DNA of 62,489 nt, filler included, from Choristocarpus tenellus KU-1152 (taxonomy: Eukaryota > Protista > Phaeophyceae): the NCBI GenBank assembly GCA_964200185.2. It is 13 parts of 13 records of this genome, joined end to end, with 100 filler letters (N's around TTAATTAATTAA, not from the genome) between each part and the next. Parts side by side here need not be neighbours in the genome. Positions count along the whole stretch, not along the records: positions 25,381 to 31,063 come from CAXNAD020010026.1; positions 31,164 to 35,425 come from CAXNAD020015417.1; positions 35,526 to 38,804 come from CAXNAD020021072.1; positions 38,905 to 43,956 come from CAXNAD020012035.1; 9 more parts are not named here. One strand, 5' to 3'. The notes below the pieces were generated by a model. It was given only the letters and a program-made list of their open reading frames with translations. It did not search any database and was not told the DNA's origin. How positions within the stretch are numbered: the stretch's first letter is position 1; each line of letters starts with the position of its first letter. The position numbers and the translations under genes are program-made. Below, in pieces: positions 27,231-41,169 of this stretch.

Positions 27231-29327
27231 AAGGTATAACGGTATATGGCATACGGCAATAACGGTATACTAACAGACAAACATGCTTTCCATGCTTTCC
27301 ACAATAACCAACAAAAAAATTAGAGTATGCACAAGAAATCTAATTTATAGAGATGACAGAAGATAAAAATAAATTTTCTATTGCATGATATGATACACAG
27401 AAATGTATTATTAATAGTACTATGGGGTGTGGGTTTGTGTGATGGAGGGTGATGAGAACCACCAGAGATAGGTTCAGAAAGGAAGTAAAAGATGAGACTG
27501 AGATATCCTGGGCATACGTTGACAGCGTCAGCGTGCCATGTGGATCAATCTCTACTGTTCTTGGCTGCGACCACTCAGAAAACCCAATTCGAACTTTAGT
27601 TTGAATCCACCGTTCATGTCGGGGTTACCGCGAGCCAGTCGTGCGTCTGACCTACACCCCATCACCTTGCTGGCTCGATGACAAAAGGTGGCGCGCGCAA
27701 ATGTTTATGATATTATCTTATTATCAGTGTCTCGGGACATTCCAAAAAAGGGGACCTGTCCCTGACAATACTACTATAATAAACATACAAAGACCCAAAA
27801 CACTTGAGGGGTAGGTAGGGTTGCATTTTATGGATCTCAAGAAAACGCGAAGAGATGTCGTTTGTATAATTACAGAAAAGAGGCGTTACTAAATTGTGAT
27901 GCCACTTTGTGTATGGAAAGGGGGAAAATCAATTTGCCCTATACTATCGTGCACATAAAGCAACGAAATAGTATATTGCATTGGGTAAGAAACATGAAAT
28001 AAAATCCAAAAGGGTTCAAAACTGCCTACCTCTAAATTTGATTGAGTCAAATAGAAGTGTGGATATATATGCTGGGTTTGGTATATATATCGTTTGTATT
28101 ATTATATACTTGAAGTAATCGAAATGGTCACTATTACTTTGTTTTAGGAGTCATACCCAGCATATCATGAAACAGGAAAAGTCAACGTTGTTACTATTAA
28201 ACCAAACAAGTATGTATGTCCTTTATTATTATTTTCCTGTGGAACAGTCGTGCACATTACGTACGTGGTACACAACCATTATTAACATTACAACAATCAC
28301 AACCACCACGGGTTGTAACGCTCAATTTTTGATCTGCGCCAATGTTGGAGGTGCGACCAGAGACTGGATTGGTTTTAACAAATAATATTCAGGGCTGGCT
28401 ATGTTTGAGGAAAGTAAGCTGAGAGAACTCTTCCTAAGTATCAAGTTGCGGCCCACTGAAAAACTGGGCAAGCCCTAACAGTAAATGACCAGTTTATTCC
28501 GATGTAGGGGTGCTCCCCTATTCACTAAACAAAATATGTACATAAAATGTTATGTTGTATTGTCTCTTTAGAACTATGCGTGCCATCATAACGCAACTGC
28601 AGCTATTGGTGACGGTTCTACAAGCAGTGCAATATACATCTGTTGCCATTCACAAGAAGACTTCAAAAAAGACATCCCAAAAACACAACACATTCATTTG
28701 TACACAATCTATAAGACATATATATGTGTGTGTATTTGACAGAGAGGAAAAGAGAGTCAAACAGAGTGTGTGTGTGAGAGAGAGAGTTGCTCTTAAGCAC
28801 AGTGCAGCATTTAGTCAATTCTAACTAAAACTTTTATCACATGAACAACTTCACGACCACCACCACACACTCTGAGGACTGAACAAAAAAAAAAATCTAT
28901 CATCGAAAGAAACCTTCTTCCACCCCCTTCAGCATCCATCACCCACAAAAGCTTTATGTATATTTCAACACATGTGAGCCTATCAGCCCATGGGGCCTGT
29001 TTGACTGCAACAATGAGAGCTTCCAACAACAGGGGCAACCCAAAAGCTACAGTTTTCTGCTACACAATTCCAGCTAATTACAGCTGCGACTGAAAACAAA
29101 GTCCATTATTACCCTGCTCCTTTTATCCTCCAGGTCAATTTGGTAGTTAAAGAAGACTAGGTAGGCACCAAGTAGTGTTCCTACATTAATTACAAACAAG
29201 GTGACTTCGGAAAATTAAAAGCAATTGAGCACAGCCTTCCACACAGCAGTCTCTTCGAAATTATACACATGCTCTATAAGCCTCATTCCAGCCACAGCAA
29301 ATGACGACAGTTCCCTGCCCCCTTCAA

Positions 29328-30337
29328 CTATGAAGACTGTGCAGCCTTTACTGGTGTAGTTGAGGTGTTCCATGACTTCTCCAGGTAGCCAATCAGGCGC
29401 TGTGCAACAGTAAAAGAAAAAATCAGCTTGGGACCCACCACCATGATCTTGGGCACCTGAGGGATGGGTTGGTGTGTCTATGAGTGTGTCATCAAGCTTC
29501 AAGCCCCTTGGGCTCTACTACTTGGACATAACTTGACAACTGAATGGCACAGACCTCGACAAAAATGGATGTGTCAGGCAGCAACATAACCTCTTCACAT
29601 CATGGGATGAAATCAACTCTCACATAACACCCATAGATATTGATAGATATTGAAGGGAACATCAACCAAAAACGACACGTTTCTCAACCCTCTGACTGTT
29701 TTCAGACAAGCCACCCCCCTATCCCAATCAAATGAACAACCCGGCTTCACAGTAAGCAAATACCCACTCATGGTGAGCAAACGTGGACATTCATGTAGCC
29801 CTGGCTAACTGTAACAAAACACCAGGACCATAGAGTGAGGACCTGATACCCTTCCCAATTTCAAGATTCTCTCCCTCCCAGCACTATCCTTGCACTCTCC
29901 CACTACTCCAGTCTCTTAGAGCTCTATAACCATGCAACTGGCTATTGTATAAAGTCCCTGCCAAACCATGTCTCGCCATGCAGACTGAAATACTTAGACC
30001 TCTATAAATGCAGTTCAGAAGGGGAGACAAAAAGGGAAAAATATGTACACACATTCCACCAAACACCAACACATCCTATCCAGTACAGCAGGGCTAAGGA
30101 TCAAAGCACCTCACTTCGTGGAAGGTGGATCATATGCACCTATCTTGCACAATGTCTCCTTGTCAGTACATCCAAGTCTGTTCTTTCAATCTGTTCCTCA
30201 CCAGACCCTTGAAGAAGGCGCCAGGACCCTCGTTGGCGATCAACTTACGGACAATTGCAAGCCCGCTCTCCGGGGAATCAAAGGGTCGGCTCTGTATGCG
30301 TGTCTTGATCACATCAAGTGGTGCAGCAACTGTGATA
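29328..30337 (-). CDS. GGC1: Mitochondrial carrier, GTP/GDP carrier (Ggc1-like), last two exons 30202-30337 and 29328-29456
   Basis: ITVAAPLDVIKTRIQSRPFDSPESGLAIVRKLIANEGPGAFFKGL|VPKIMVVGPKLIFSFTVAQRLI...SS*; carrier PxDxxKTR signature; closely recalls the yeast Ggc1 C-terminus; canonical in-phase splice sites. Confidence 0.85.
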
Positions 30338-30363
30338 CTGTTGGTACCGGTGGGAAGATACAA

Positions 30364-30365
<2 letters not shown>

Positions 30366-30402
<37 letters not shown>
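30366..30402. repeat. (CAA)n microsatellite in the carrier intron
   Basis: About 12 direct AAC/CAA units. Confidence 0.95.
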
Positions 30403-31249
30403 GGTATAATGGGTGCTAGGGAAGACAAACTGCTGATGAGTTGGCCTTTTTGTCTGAGGCGATATCTCTCACCTAATGTAATACCCTATCGAACCGACTA
30501 TATGTTGACATCCATGGACACGGGGTTGATGCTATGGACCAAACTAACTGAGGCAAATGTTTAGAACCATTCCAAGGAAGAGAGGAAGGATAGAACACCA
30601 ATACAACAGGGCTAGGAGTGCATCGAAGGCAACGGAAAACATAGACTTGGAACAAAACTCATGCACAAAAGACTGCTTGCTCCAACATTGACCATGTGCA
30701 GGACAGCCAGCAAGTAACAGGACCCAGCAATGCACAAATCACGTGTGGGATATCACACCAAAAAATGCAGTCCTACACAGGTACTAGAGCTGCTATCGCC
30801 ACTCACTGGCATAGAACCGTTTTGAGCCACAATTCAGTAGCGACTTCTTTGAGATTGGGAAAACTTGACATGATCCCGGACAATCACAACAGAACACACT
30901 TTGCGCTTGGAGTACCATCAACACTTGATAAGTCCAACCATCCACAGACACCACGCATGATATCACCATCATAACAGAACTAACCGGACCTGAGTCGCAG
31001 GACCAAACACACTCCAAACCATTGCCCTTCACGACCCCCCCCCCCCCCCCCCCCCCCCCCCCCNNNNNNNNNNNNNNNNNNNNNNNNNNNNNNNNNNNNN
31101 NNNNNNNTTAATTAATTAANNNNNNNNNNNNNNNNNNNNNNNNNNNNNNNNNNNNNNNNNNNNCGCCGAAGCTGGTCACTGATTAGAGGGATAGCAACCC
31201 TCGGGCGAAACCTCAACAAGTCTAACAACTTGCGATCCCCGGGAGTAAC

Positions 31250-31345
31250 TTTTGTTGAAACACCAGTAAACCCCTGAGCTACCGAGCAGATAGTCAGCTG
31301 ACTATCTGCTCGGTAGCTCAGGGGTTTACTAGTGTTTCAACAAAA
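31250..31345. repeat. Near-perfect spacerless palindrome (48-bp arms)
   Basis: ttttgttgaaacaccagtaaacccctgagctaccgagcagatagtcag|ctgactatctgctcggtagctcaggggtttactagtgtttcaacaaaa; one mismatch. Confidence 0.95.
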
Positions 31346-34067
31346 AGGAGTGGAGATGTGATTATGTTTTGCAGAGGTTTAGGTTGTGATTGCAGTATAA
31401 TCAACCGTTTCCTAGCCCACCTGCGCCTTATATGTTGGGGTGTCCTGTTGCTCCTTCTGGTAATTGTAGAGATGCTAATGGCATGACTAGATCAAAGTAC
31501 TTTGGGGCTAAAATGTAGGCACTATCTTGCACACTACATGTCACATAATGTATGTATCTAGGTGACTTTGACTTGTAACCGGCTGGCTGGGTATCACGGA
31601 TGCTGTACATATGTGGAGGGGTTTGACGTAGAACGGTGGGGGAAAACATTGGGGGGAATAAATGTAAGCTCTGGTTTATGAACAGATCAAATACGTTGCC
31701 GTGTCATTGTCTTGAAGAAGAATAGAAAGAGTGGATACAGGTTGAAGCCTTACGAACACTTTAAATGATCGCTAGGGGTTTGATGCTAGATGGCATGTTG
31801 TCCGTTTGAAGGGGTTTCGGAGTGTGATTCACCAAGGTATCTTTTTTCTTGATCTTTCCAATGCTACACCTATTTTGGAGCTTGAGGGTGCACCCTGGTT
31901 GGTTCTTGGGCAGGTGAGGAAGAAAGTGTTATTGAGGTGACCTTGATGCGGGGGGGAGTCTTGAAAGCTTGTGTATTAGTGGCAGGGCGAACATTGTGTG
32001 CCGCGTTGTGTTCTTGTCTTCGTACTTCTTGAGGAGGGCGGGGTTGAAGTGCTTTTCTACGTTCCTTCTACACCCCTTCTTTTGCCCTTGTTTAGTGCAT
32101 TGTTGTTGAAATGGTTTTACCAATTGCATTGGTTGTCTTGAAAGAGGGCTTGCTTGCACTGCCCTACAGCAGCATTAGACATTGTTGTTGATGGAAGCTG
32201 GTTATTTGTAGCGAGGTATGAACTTGGTTTGGGAGCTGGGGCGCGGGTTGGGGATGAGATTTGTAGTTGGGCAGTAGTTAAAGCCGACGTAATGAGATGT
32301 GGGTAAGGCAAAGATCCGTATGAGAATTGTTGGAGTGGTGGTGTGACTGCAGACGATAGAATGTAGATGAACAATGCAACTTTGTTGTTACCACATATTT
32401 GAGTATAAAGGAGCTAAGAATCAAAGCAATTGTTATACTGGGGGCAATCGGCTCAAGGTGGCTATAGCAGATGATACACAAAAAGTCACATGTGAGTGTG
32501 ACGTCTTATGTATGTGTTTTTTTTTAACAGTTTCGTCCAGGCTTGGTGAATTTTTGTGTCAAGATGAATGACGTAGAAGATTTTATTCATTATTGGATAT
32601 CTTCTTGTGCCCGAGGACTTGAAGTTAAGTGTTGATCACACACTGCAGTAAGGTTTATTTTAGAATACTTAGGAAATGAACGATGAATCATCAAAGAGCC
32701 AATGAGTGCCTTGCATGGTATGCCACAGTCCTGTCAATCCTTGGTCATTGTGCTACTACATAGTACGCATATCTCCAGCAGCATGTAGATATACATACTG
32801 TACATGTATATGACTCTTTCAGACAGGTGGACATGAATCCAAGCTCAACAAGATTAAAAGAGGACAAGTGAAAATGAAAAGAACCTCTCTCATTGTCGAT
32901 TCCTTCCCCATGATTTCAAACACTATTGCTATCACACGAAACGAGCACTCAGGAAAATCCTTTGGGCTATATCTACAAGACAACAAACTCTCGAGACAGC
33001 AACAGGAAGCTTAAGCTCCACACTATCCCCAATTTTTCCTAAAGTTGCAAGAGACGATGTCATGGGGTCTTGTCTTGAGATACCGCTGGCCAAGGCTGGG
33101 TCGGCTGTTCTGGACAGCATGCCGCCTTATCAACGAGGAAATTGACTCTAATGATTTTCCTGAACATTTGACATTATAGAGGATATGGCGGGTTCCAAGA
33201 CAGAAGTCTGGTTGATGATGAGCCTTGGAGTGGAAAAATGAGGTTTGAGTGTTGTTGTCCTTGCTTGGCAACGTACCCCAACAGAGGAAACTGGTGTTAT
33301 ATAGACAATTCTACCTTTGAGAGAGTTGAGTTGTAAGATGCATGCATAAGTAACTACGAGTGGTAGAGCTTTACTCTCAAGAATTGTCAATTTGGGAGAT
33401 ATAGTTCTTTGCATCTCCAAAAAAATGGAAATACTCGGATATTTAGTGGGGGCGGAACAAGGTAGAACACGGACTTTCTCATTCACATCAATACGGTAGT
33501 TTCAATTGTATATTGTTGTGACTATAGGAAGCAAGTGGGGTGCAACCTCTACCACCCACCTCAATCTGTGCTCGACTTCAGTACCACCAACTCTTAAGAA
33601 TCAAGGGGAAGGGGGTATAATATGCTCATGACTGAGTACAACATATAGGCCATCCCATAAGCATGTGAGTTGCTTTGCATACCTGACATCTACTCTTTTT
33701 GAAGACCACCGTATGAGTCTCAAATACTTCTCCATATATCATATTTATGCTCTGATAGTCTTGGCACAATGATATATAGATGGGGAACGCACACTGGCAG
33801 TAGTACTAATATAAAGCAGAATTAGTAGATTCCTTACTACTGTAGATCTATTTCCTGTGGCGTCAAAAGGCCAAACGGGAAAAATAACCCCATTGAATCT
33901 CCTCCTTGGTGTATCCAATGGTATGAATTGAGCAGTCACACCTGTGGCATTAGTTTCATTACCTGCTGCATCACTCATTTAGGAGATAATCACACCTTAA
34001 ATTTTATACACCCAAAATAAATCAACCTGTATCCACATTGCAAAAAAACTCATCTATGGTGGACTTT

Positions 34068-34523
34068 TCATGCCAACAGCCCACGCCTTGCTGCCTCATC
34101 CAAGAGGTGTGAATTGGCAGAGTACAGAGCCGAGCAAGTGGTACAATCCTGCCTTCCCCTCCTTTGACCATCCGCTGCTCTAGTCCCAATTGCCCTTCCC
34201 CCCTCAAGAGTTCCTACTGCTCCCAATTCTTCTCGTCTCTCCAGCGTTTTCTCAGCATACCCTTGACCTTTCCTCACAAATGGTCTTTCCTCCAAGGAAG
34301 GCCCTGACCGTTGCCTCCCCAGCCCCTCACCCACCCGCCGCACTGCGTTGCTCCTCAGTTGAAGAAGGTCACGAGCACGTCTTGTGTGGGTCATCTCTGC
34401 AACCTCAACAATGCTCTCTAGAGTGGAAACTAGGGTCTCCTCTTGTGACTGTCCCCCCTTAGTAACACTGCTATTAACACTATCTCTCCTACCCTTGCTA
34501 GCCCACTGTGGAACACCAGCAAC
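34068..34523 (-). CDS. Probable terminal exon of an unknown gene
   Basis: Polypyrimidine acceptor cacttccttcag, then 151 open codons (VAGVPQW...DCTTCSALYSANSHLLDEAARRGLLA*). Confidence 0.5.
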   Translation of the reverse strand, partial: VAGVPQWASKGRRDSVNSSVTKGGQSQEETLVSTLESIVEVAEMTHTRRARDLLQLRSNAVRRVGEGLGRQRSGPSLEERPFVRKGQGYAEKTLERREELGAVGTLEGGRAIGTRAADGQRRGRQDCTTCSALYSANSHLLDEAARRGLLA

Positions 34524-35295
34524 CTGAAGGAAGTGAGGGGATACGGAGACTGGATTGGCGAGTGCCTGCAGGGAGCATGTGGTCAGCCCCTCATTGAGGG
34601 CTGAATGCAAGGCCAAGCAGTCCTTATCAATATTGTGACGTAGCCTGATCCCGAGAAGACAAGAGTAGAAAAGGGGAGAGGAGGGGGAGTAGCAAAGTAC
34701 GAGGTGAGGGTAGATTTCAAGTGAGGGAGTGAAGTTCCATAAAAAGGGAAGAGGTAGAACACCAGGGACGAGACCTGCTCAGGATAGTGGATTGTTGTGG
34801 AACAACACCTTGCTTGAAGATAACGGAATATGCAGCAGTTGTGAAAGCAAAATAGGTGCAAATATCGATAGGTAACACTCTGCGCTCAAACATACTTATC
34901 ACCCTTCAATGCTTTCACCAGAAAGAAAAGTCAGAAATACTAGCAGATTCAAACTCAAACTATCAAACTATCAAACAAAAATACACAAGATCTAGGTCAT
35001 AACCTTTCACCACAAAAGGAAACATTTTACTTCAAAAAGAACAGAATTTCACTGCTGTCCATTTAATGCAGTGAACTATTATTAATGACACACACAGAAA
35101 TACCCACATATAACATGTACATCATTATCAACAAATGGGGATGCAGAATTCCCAAGGCAGGTGAAAATACTGAAGGGGGGTGGCTGGAAAAGAGCAAAAT
35201 TGGGCTCAAGTTAATACAAAGGGATGGGAATTGTTCATCACTGTGACAAACAAAACTACTCAACTTTTTACGGAGGTAACCATAGAGATCAAGAA

Positions 35296-35425
35296 GAGTC
35301 AAAGTATCTCAGAGGGTAGGAGCTGCGTCCGTTTTGGGGCCAAAATTCGATGTTGCAGTTTTGATGTAATTTTGGCTATCGTGTTTGTTAGGAAGTGTCA
35401 ATATCCTTGTTCCGAACACACGTTT
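35296..35425. mobile_element. MITE A fragment cut by gap (other cut fragments at 44058-44128 and 47133-47173)
   Basis: GAGTCAAAGTATCTCAGAGGGTAG TIR plus family-A internal sequence. Confidence 0.85.
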
Positions 35426-38400
35426 NNNNNNNNNNNNNNNNNNNNNNNNNNNNNNNNNNNNNNNNNNNNTTAATTAATTAANNNNNNNNNNNNNNNNNNN
35501 NNNNNNNNNNNNNNNNNNNNNNNNNCCATAGCGTCGTTTTAAGGTCATTGGATTTGAGTTGTACATCCTGGAAGGTGAGCATTGAGGGCCGCCTGTAACA
35601 CTTATTCCACTGCCTCCCTGAAATCTTGCGCCAGATTTGCCTCAGTGTTGCTCGGCAATGAAGCCTTGACAGGTTTCCTGACTTTTGTGGTACATATCTA
35701 ACGATACGTATGTATTGCATGTGTAAATATGTTAAGGTTACCACATAGAATTTGAAAAATTGAAACAAGGTTTATCAAAAACAATGCAACGTTAACGAGA
35801 TTCGAACCCCCGTACAAAACGCAGAGAAGACTATCCAATATACTCCTAACACCTGATCTAAAAACAAGACCTTTTTTAGTGGATAGTGTGCGGAAAATCG
35901 TGGAAAACTAATTTCTACAATATGGTATATTAAGGGAGATGTTCTATACAGAAAAAAATGCACGAAAAAATCAGATATACAATAATCATCTAGAATCTTA
36001 AACAATCAATTTCTTACCCCCAAACAACTGTTCTGTATAAAATAATAGTGATGTGTGATATATTTTATGGTTCTGAGCAAGAGTGCCCCCACCAGTATAA
36101 TGTTTGGAGGTCGGCGAGTAATCAAGAGTGGGTGGAATAACCTTCAGCGAGTTCGGGGATGGTGAATGGCATAACTTTCAAAGAACAATCATATCTGTTT
36201 ACGACAAAGGTGTGGGTGGTGAGTCTGTCCTCAACACTTTGGCAGGACAGTAGTTCCCCATCACACCTGAAGGAATTGACCCCACCTTTGCTTATCACAT
36301 TATTTATACACCAAGAGCCTTGCATTTTCTTAAACCTCGGGAGTCAAGGTCGTCATTGGTATAATCATTCCCATCCTCTGTTATTGTCGAAGTTCATGGA
36401 AGTGTTGCACGATCTGGCCTCAAGCTTCGACGAGATCCATACTCCTCTTCCAAGGTTTATGAAAGTTGCGATAAGTTTCGTATTATACAAATAAGCTAGC
36501 ATCCAGGGGTAGGGTCGATTGCCTCGGCAATATCGAGAGTTGCTTGTCCCAAGCGTTCAGGGTATCCCCGTCCCTGGCCACCTAGTGTTCCCCACAGATA
36601 TTTTGAAAGAGGCTTGAGTGCCACACACACCATCCCTTAACTTGGCGAAGGTTTTGATCGGATATGGTGGTGGGAAATCTTTGAAGGTGATTCGGTGAGC
36701 TGTTCTAGGAAACTGTCCCTCAAGAAACATTGGTAGGGTCACCCTTCCTATGATCGTAAATGCATCTCTACTGAACAATTGAAGTGGAAATGAAGGCTGA
36801 AGAAGGAGAGCAGAGGAAGTTGCAAAACACCATGTGGGGGAAAGAGAATAAGGTTGATGGAGCAACAGGCTGTAACAGCGAAACAGAAGGCCACGTGGAC
36901 AGGGAAGGTCCTGATCGATGTGAAGCACTACCAAATCAAGGGTACCTCAGCGCATTGAAGAGTGTATCAATACTAAAATTCAAGTGTGGACAAGAGTAAA
37001 TATCAATATAAAATTGGTATAGAATTGTTGTGTTGCCTACTTGAGAAGTAGTGAAGTAATGTCATGCACGTAGGTAAAGTAATTGAGTAGAATTAAACCT
37101 CAGTTCTTTCCAGGGGCAAAAAATATTGAATAAAAGTATTGTGAAATAATTGATCAGTCGGCAAGAATGTACGAAATATTATCAGCGATTACGATAATGG
37201 CATGCCATTGACTTCGACACATTCGACCTCCACGATTTGTGAGAGTGCTACGATGTCCACAGTGTGTACAAAAGAAGCTTCCACTCAAGGATTGCATCTA
37301 CTACCTCGGTGGCTGTCAAGAACTGCCTATCACAAAAGTTGAGAATGTTCATCCCCTAATCTACCACATCTTGAAAGAGGCCATAATACCGCACACACAA
37401 AACAGTACTCGAGCTTGCCAAATATTGCAATCAACAAGGTATGGTGCTACCACCAGTTCAAACATGATGGGAATAGTCGTTCTCAAGAACTGTCCAAACC
37501 AAACATAAGGTGGATCCTCGATGAAAGGAGGGTTGTATGCATAGACCTGTAGAGTTCTACAGGGGAGGGAGTATTGCAAAAGCTTCCCCCCCCCCTAATA
37601 ATCGAACAGAAACTTGACTGATCAACTGCTTCCAACCAATTCTGGTTTAAATAATCTATGTCTAAGTGGTTACCCATGCTATCTTCACCTAGAGGAAGTG
37701 AGACTAATGGACGATTTCTACGTTTGTGATTGTGACTCTGCATTTCCTAATGAACCAGGTACTCAGTCTTGTATACTCCTACGACTGTAGGACGAACTAG
37801 CAGTTGATAGAGAGTAAATAAACAATGCTGATAACAATTTGCCTTTTAAACATTTGGGCAGCCGACCCCAATAATAAAAACTATCATTGTAGGCGTTATT
37901 GACATGCAATATATATACATCGTAACATATCTGGTGGCCCCCATCTCTTTGTTGTTGATGCTTCCCAGTCTTAGCTCAATAACCCTCCAAAAAAAGATAT
38001 GCATACATCACACCTTTACAAAGTACCAAGATAGCAAGATCCAGTCTTTAGGGCTAGACGGAGAGCTGTACACCTCCAGGTCATGCGGATCACCTCGAAA
38101 ACGAAAGTATTGGTTCACTATCTGAGCACATTGTGAATTAACCACGTAATATTTCAAATACTATAGATAATACATCATTTTTATCACCAGAACGTCATAC
38201 GAGAACCACCTGGTTTTGCCACAGTCATAATGATTTCAAATGGTGAACACTTCCCATCAATGCGGGGTCCAAATCTGTCTTGACTCTGTTTACCTAGAAA
38301 CAGCACCTACCATCCCCTTCACTGTATCCACATCATCCTCACCTCACATCCACCTCCCCAGTAATAACCAAGACATCAAATACCCCAGTCTGGCATACTT

Positions 38401-38904
38401 CAGGTATGCACCTTCTCCTATAGCTGGCTACATTCAAACCACCTCAGCACACCCCACTCAATTCATAATTAATTCATCCCAATTTAACTTTCAGCTTAAG
38501 TCTGAGCAGTCTGTGGTCTCAACTCCGAGATGTTGAACCAACCTTTCCAACCGAGCTCATTCTGAGGTCACAAAACTACAGACCTACCTCTGCAGACACT
38601 GAGAAATAGCCATAGTGAGTGGTACACACTGTTACAATACGAGGATGCCCCCCCCCCCAAAAAAAAAATACTGTTATACAATACGAAAACGGCCTTTGCT
38701 CACTTGCGGTACATTTTGGCTCAAAGTATCTGGGGGGGGGGGGGGGGGGGGGGGGGGGGTAATTGCTTCGGGGTTTTGTGTAGTTGTGTCGTGTTTGTTG
38801 AGGGNNNNNNNNNNNNNNNNNNNNNNNNNNNNNNNNNNNNNNNNNNNNTTAATTAATTAANNNNNNNNNNNNNNNNNNNNNNNNNNNNNNNNNNNNNNNN
38901 NNNN

Positions 38905-39227
38905 GTGTCAATATCTATGTTTCGGACACACCTTTCATAACATATACATTTTACCTACTCCGAAACATTTTGGAGTTGGAAAATATCATAAAAAACCCAT
39001 GGGAAGCCAAGCCCCTCAAATGTATACATTTTACTTACTCCGGAACATTTTGGAGTCGGAAAGAGTCATAACAAAACCCATGGGAAGCCAAGCCTCACAA
39101 ATGTATACATTTTACTTACTCCAAAACATTTTGGAGTCAGAAAATGTCATAAAAAAACCCATGGGAAGCCAAGCCCTACAAATGGACAAACAGGGAAAAA
39201 TTCGTACCCTCTAAGATAGTTTCACTC
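38905..39227. mobile_element. MITE A with internal ~80-bp module triplicated
   Basis: tatacattttac(c/t)tactcc..cccatgggaagccaagcc repeated at about 38943, 39023 and 39104; terminal TIR ...AAGATAGTTTCACTC. Confidence 0.85.
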
Positions 39228-41169
39228 CACCCATTTGCGGAAGATGTGTGGTGTACTGATGGGACGTCCCAAACGTTGAGGATGAATGTACAGAGGTCAC
39301 ATCGCCCCTTGCTATGTCATACAAGGTCCAAGCATTGAGCTCATGCGATCTGGCTGTAGGACTCCTTCAGATGACAGAACATGGTGTTTCGGGAGATTCC
39401 AAAGTTCATCGATGACTGCTGCTGTCTCCTGATGCATCTGAATCTTGCACACCCTCTCGCCTCCAGGCATTGTGCCACCATGCTGTTCTTTTAATAGTGT
39501 TCGAGTCCTGACACTGGACAGACTTCTGGGTCAAAGAATTGGGGCTGATGGGATGAGTGAGCCGCTCAAACAACAGGGAGCCTTCATCCTAGGCCCCAAT
39601 AAACACTCAATTTAACAGTTTCACGAGGTTTTTGAACCCTGTCAAATGCGACTTGGTCGACTTTGCACTGGTGATCCTCCACAGTCATGTCAGCCCTCCA
39701 TCGCAAACTTTGCATGCCTCCCAGTCTATATGAGGACAAAGTCTCCCATAGAGGGTTTATCACGTGGATCGTTCCTGGGCAAGAACAGATCTTGCAAAAG
39801 CTAGATTACATTTAAATCCAAACAGAGGTATTATGTATTGGTGGTAGCTGGGAATCTTAGCAAATTGAATACATCTGAGAGAGTCCATATTGAAAATTAA
39901 GGGATAGTGTTTTGTCAGATATGTTCACACTTGTGTGCACATTCTACTCACAGAGGGCGGTGTTTCATGCAACTCTTTTCTTGTGCTGTACATACTTCGT
40001 GATCCTAGTGCCTCCTAATCGACCGCATCAAAAGTTGTTGAGCCCATTTCGTGTTTTCCCACCAAACATTCCGACTCGCAACACTACTAATGGTTAAGTT
40101 GATGTGGACTAGCACTACTTCGCTTCGTAGGTCTTCTAATGTTCAGGATAAATCAGGGTCTACAACTGTTCAGAATAATCTGCATGAGGTTTTGACTTGT
40201 TCATTCTCTCCACGATTTACAGCACCAAGAGGCTATCAAATCAATCAGTGTGTCTTCAACCTTCCACATAAGACACACCACAAAATTTACTCTGAGAACC
40301 CCGTAGCAACTGTGTACACAAGAAAATAAACAAGCGGAGCAAAAAAAATGATGCAATCTCTTTAACTCCACACATCCATCCCCTACATGCAGAGTCAAGA
40401 GCATAGAAAGATCGAGTGATAAAAAAAAAGTGGCCTTGAACATGGCAATCTTGCCAAAATCCGGTTCATTTTTCGAAATATGCATATACTTGAGGTGTAT
40501 TACCATATTAAAATATGGCTACCATCTTCTAGAGTGAAACTACTCCACACATCCAATGGAGATCAAATTTCGCAAATTCTTTCGAGAATGCATCATGTCT
40601 AATAGTAATTAATAAAACACCAAGTTTAGGTTCACCCTGTGTGTAAGAAAAGGGGGTTGAACTGTAGCCTCTTGGATTCTACTGCTCATCTGTCTTTTTC
40701 TAACTCAACAACAGTTGCCATCACATCCAACTGATGCGCAATTAGTGGTATCCTTCCAGTGTAACAACATTTTACCCAAATAATTTTGATTGTAACGATA
40801 TGTGTTGACTCAAGATCAGGCAGACTACGAGACAGGAACCATGTACACATTTATACCAGAGGTTAAGTCAGTTTCACACCACCACTAGGATAGGAAAATT
40901 GCCAAAAAATCGTTTTAAATCGTATTTACCTGCCTGCAGTAACACAAATTACTCCCCTCACTAAAACTAAACGCCATCCAGAGCTCCCCATGGATACATA
41001 CCACAACACTTTGGTCAGTCGGATCAGAAGAGCTGCACCCCAATTAGTTTTACCCACTGCCACTCTCACTAAAAGTACTATACAGCATAAAAAATAATTC
41101 AACTTCCTTGCACCACAGTGATCCAAAATGCATCACACTACTCTATATGAAGGTTGGTACCACGAACAC

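Noticed and set aside
30043-30564. PolyQ/polyN ORFs
   Set aside because: Produced by an intronic CAA microsatellite antisense to the carrier exon.
31400-33500. Possible Copia gag/protease relic
   Set aside because: Too degenerate; no diagnostic motif recovered by eye.
35790-35860. tRNA gene on the minus strand (GGTTCGAATC B-box)
   Set aside because: No acceptor stem or cloverleaf could be built; at most a decayed SINE head.
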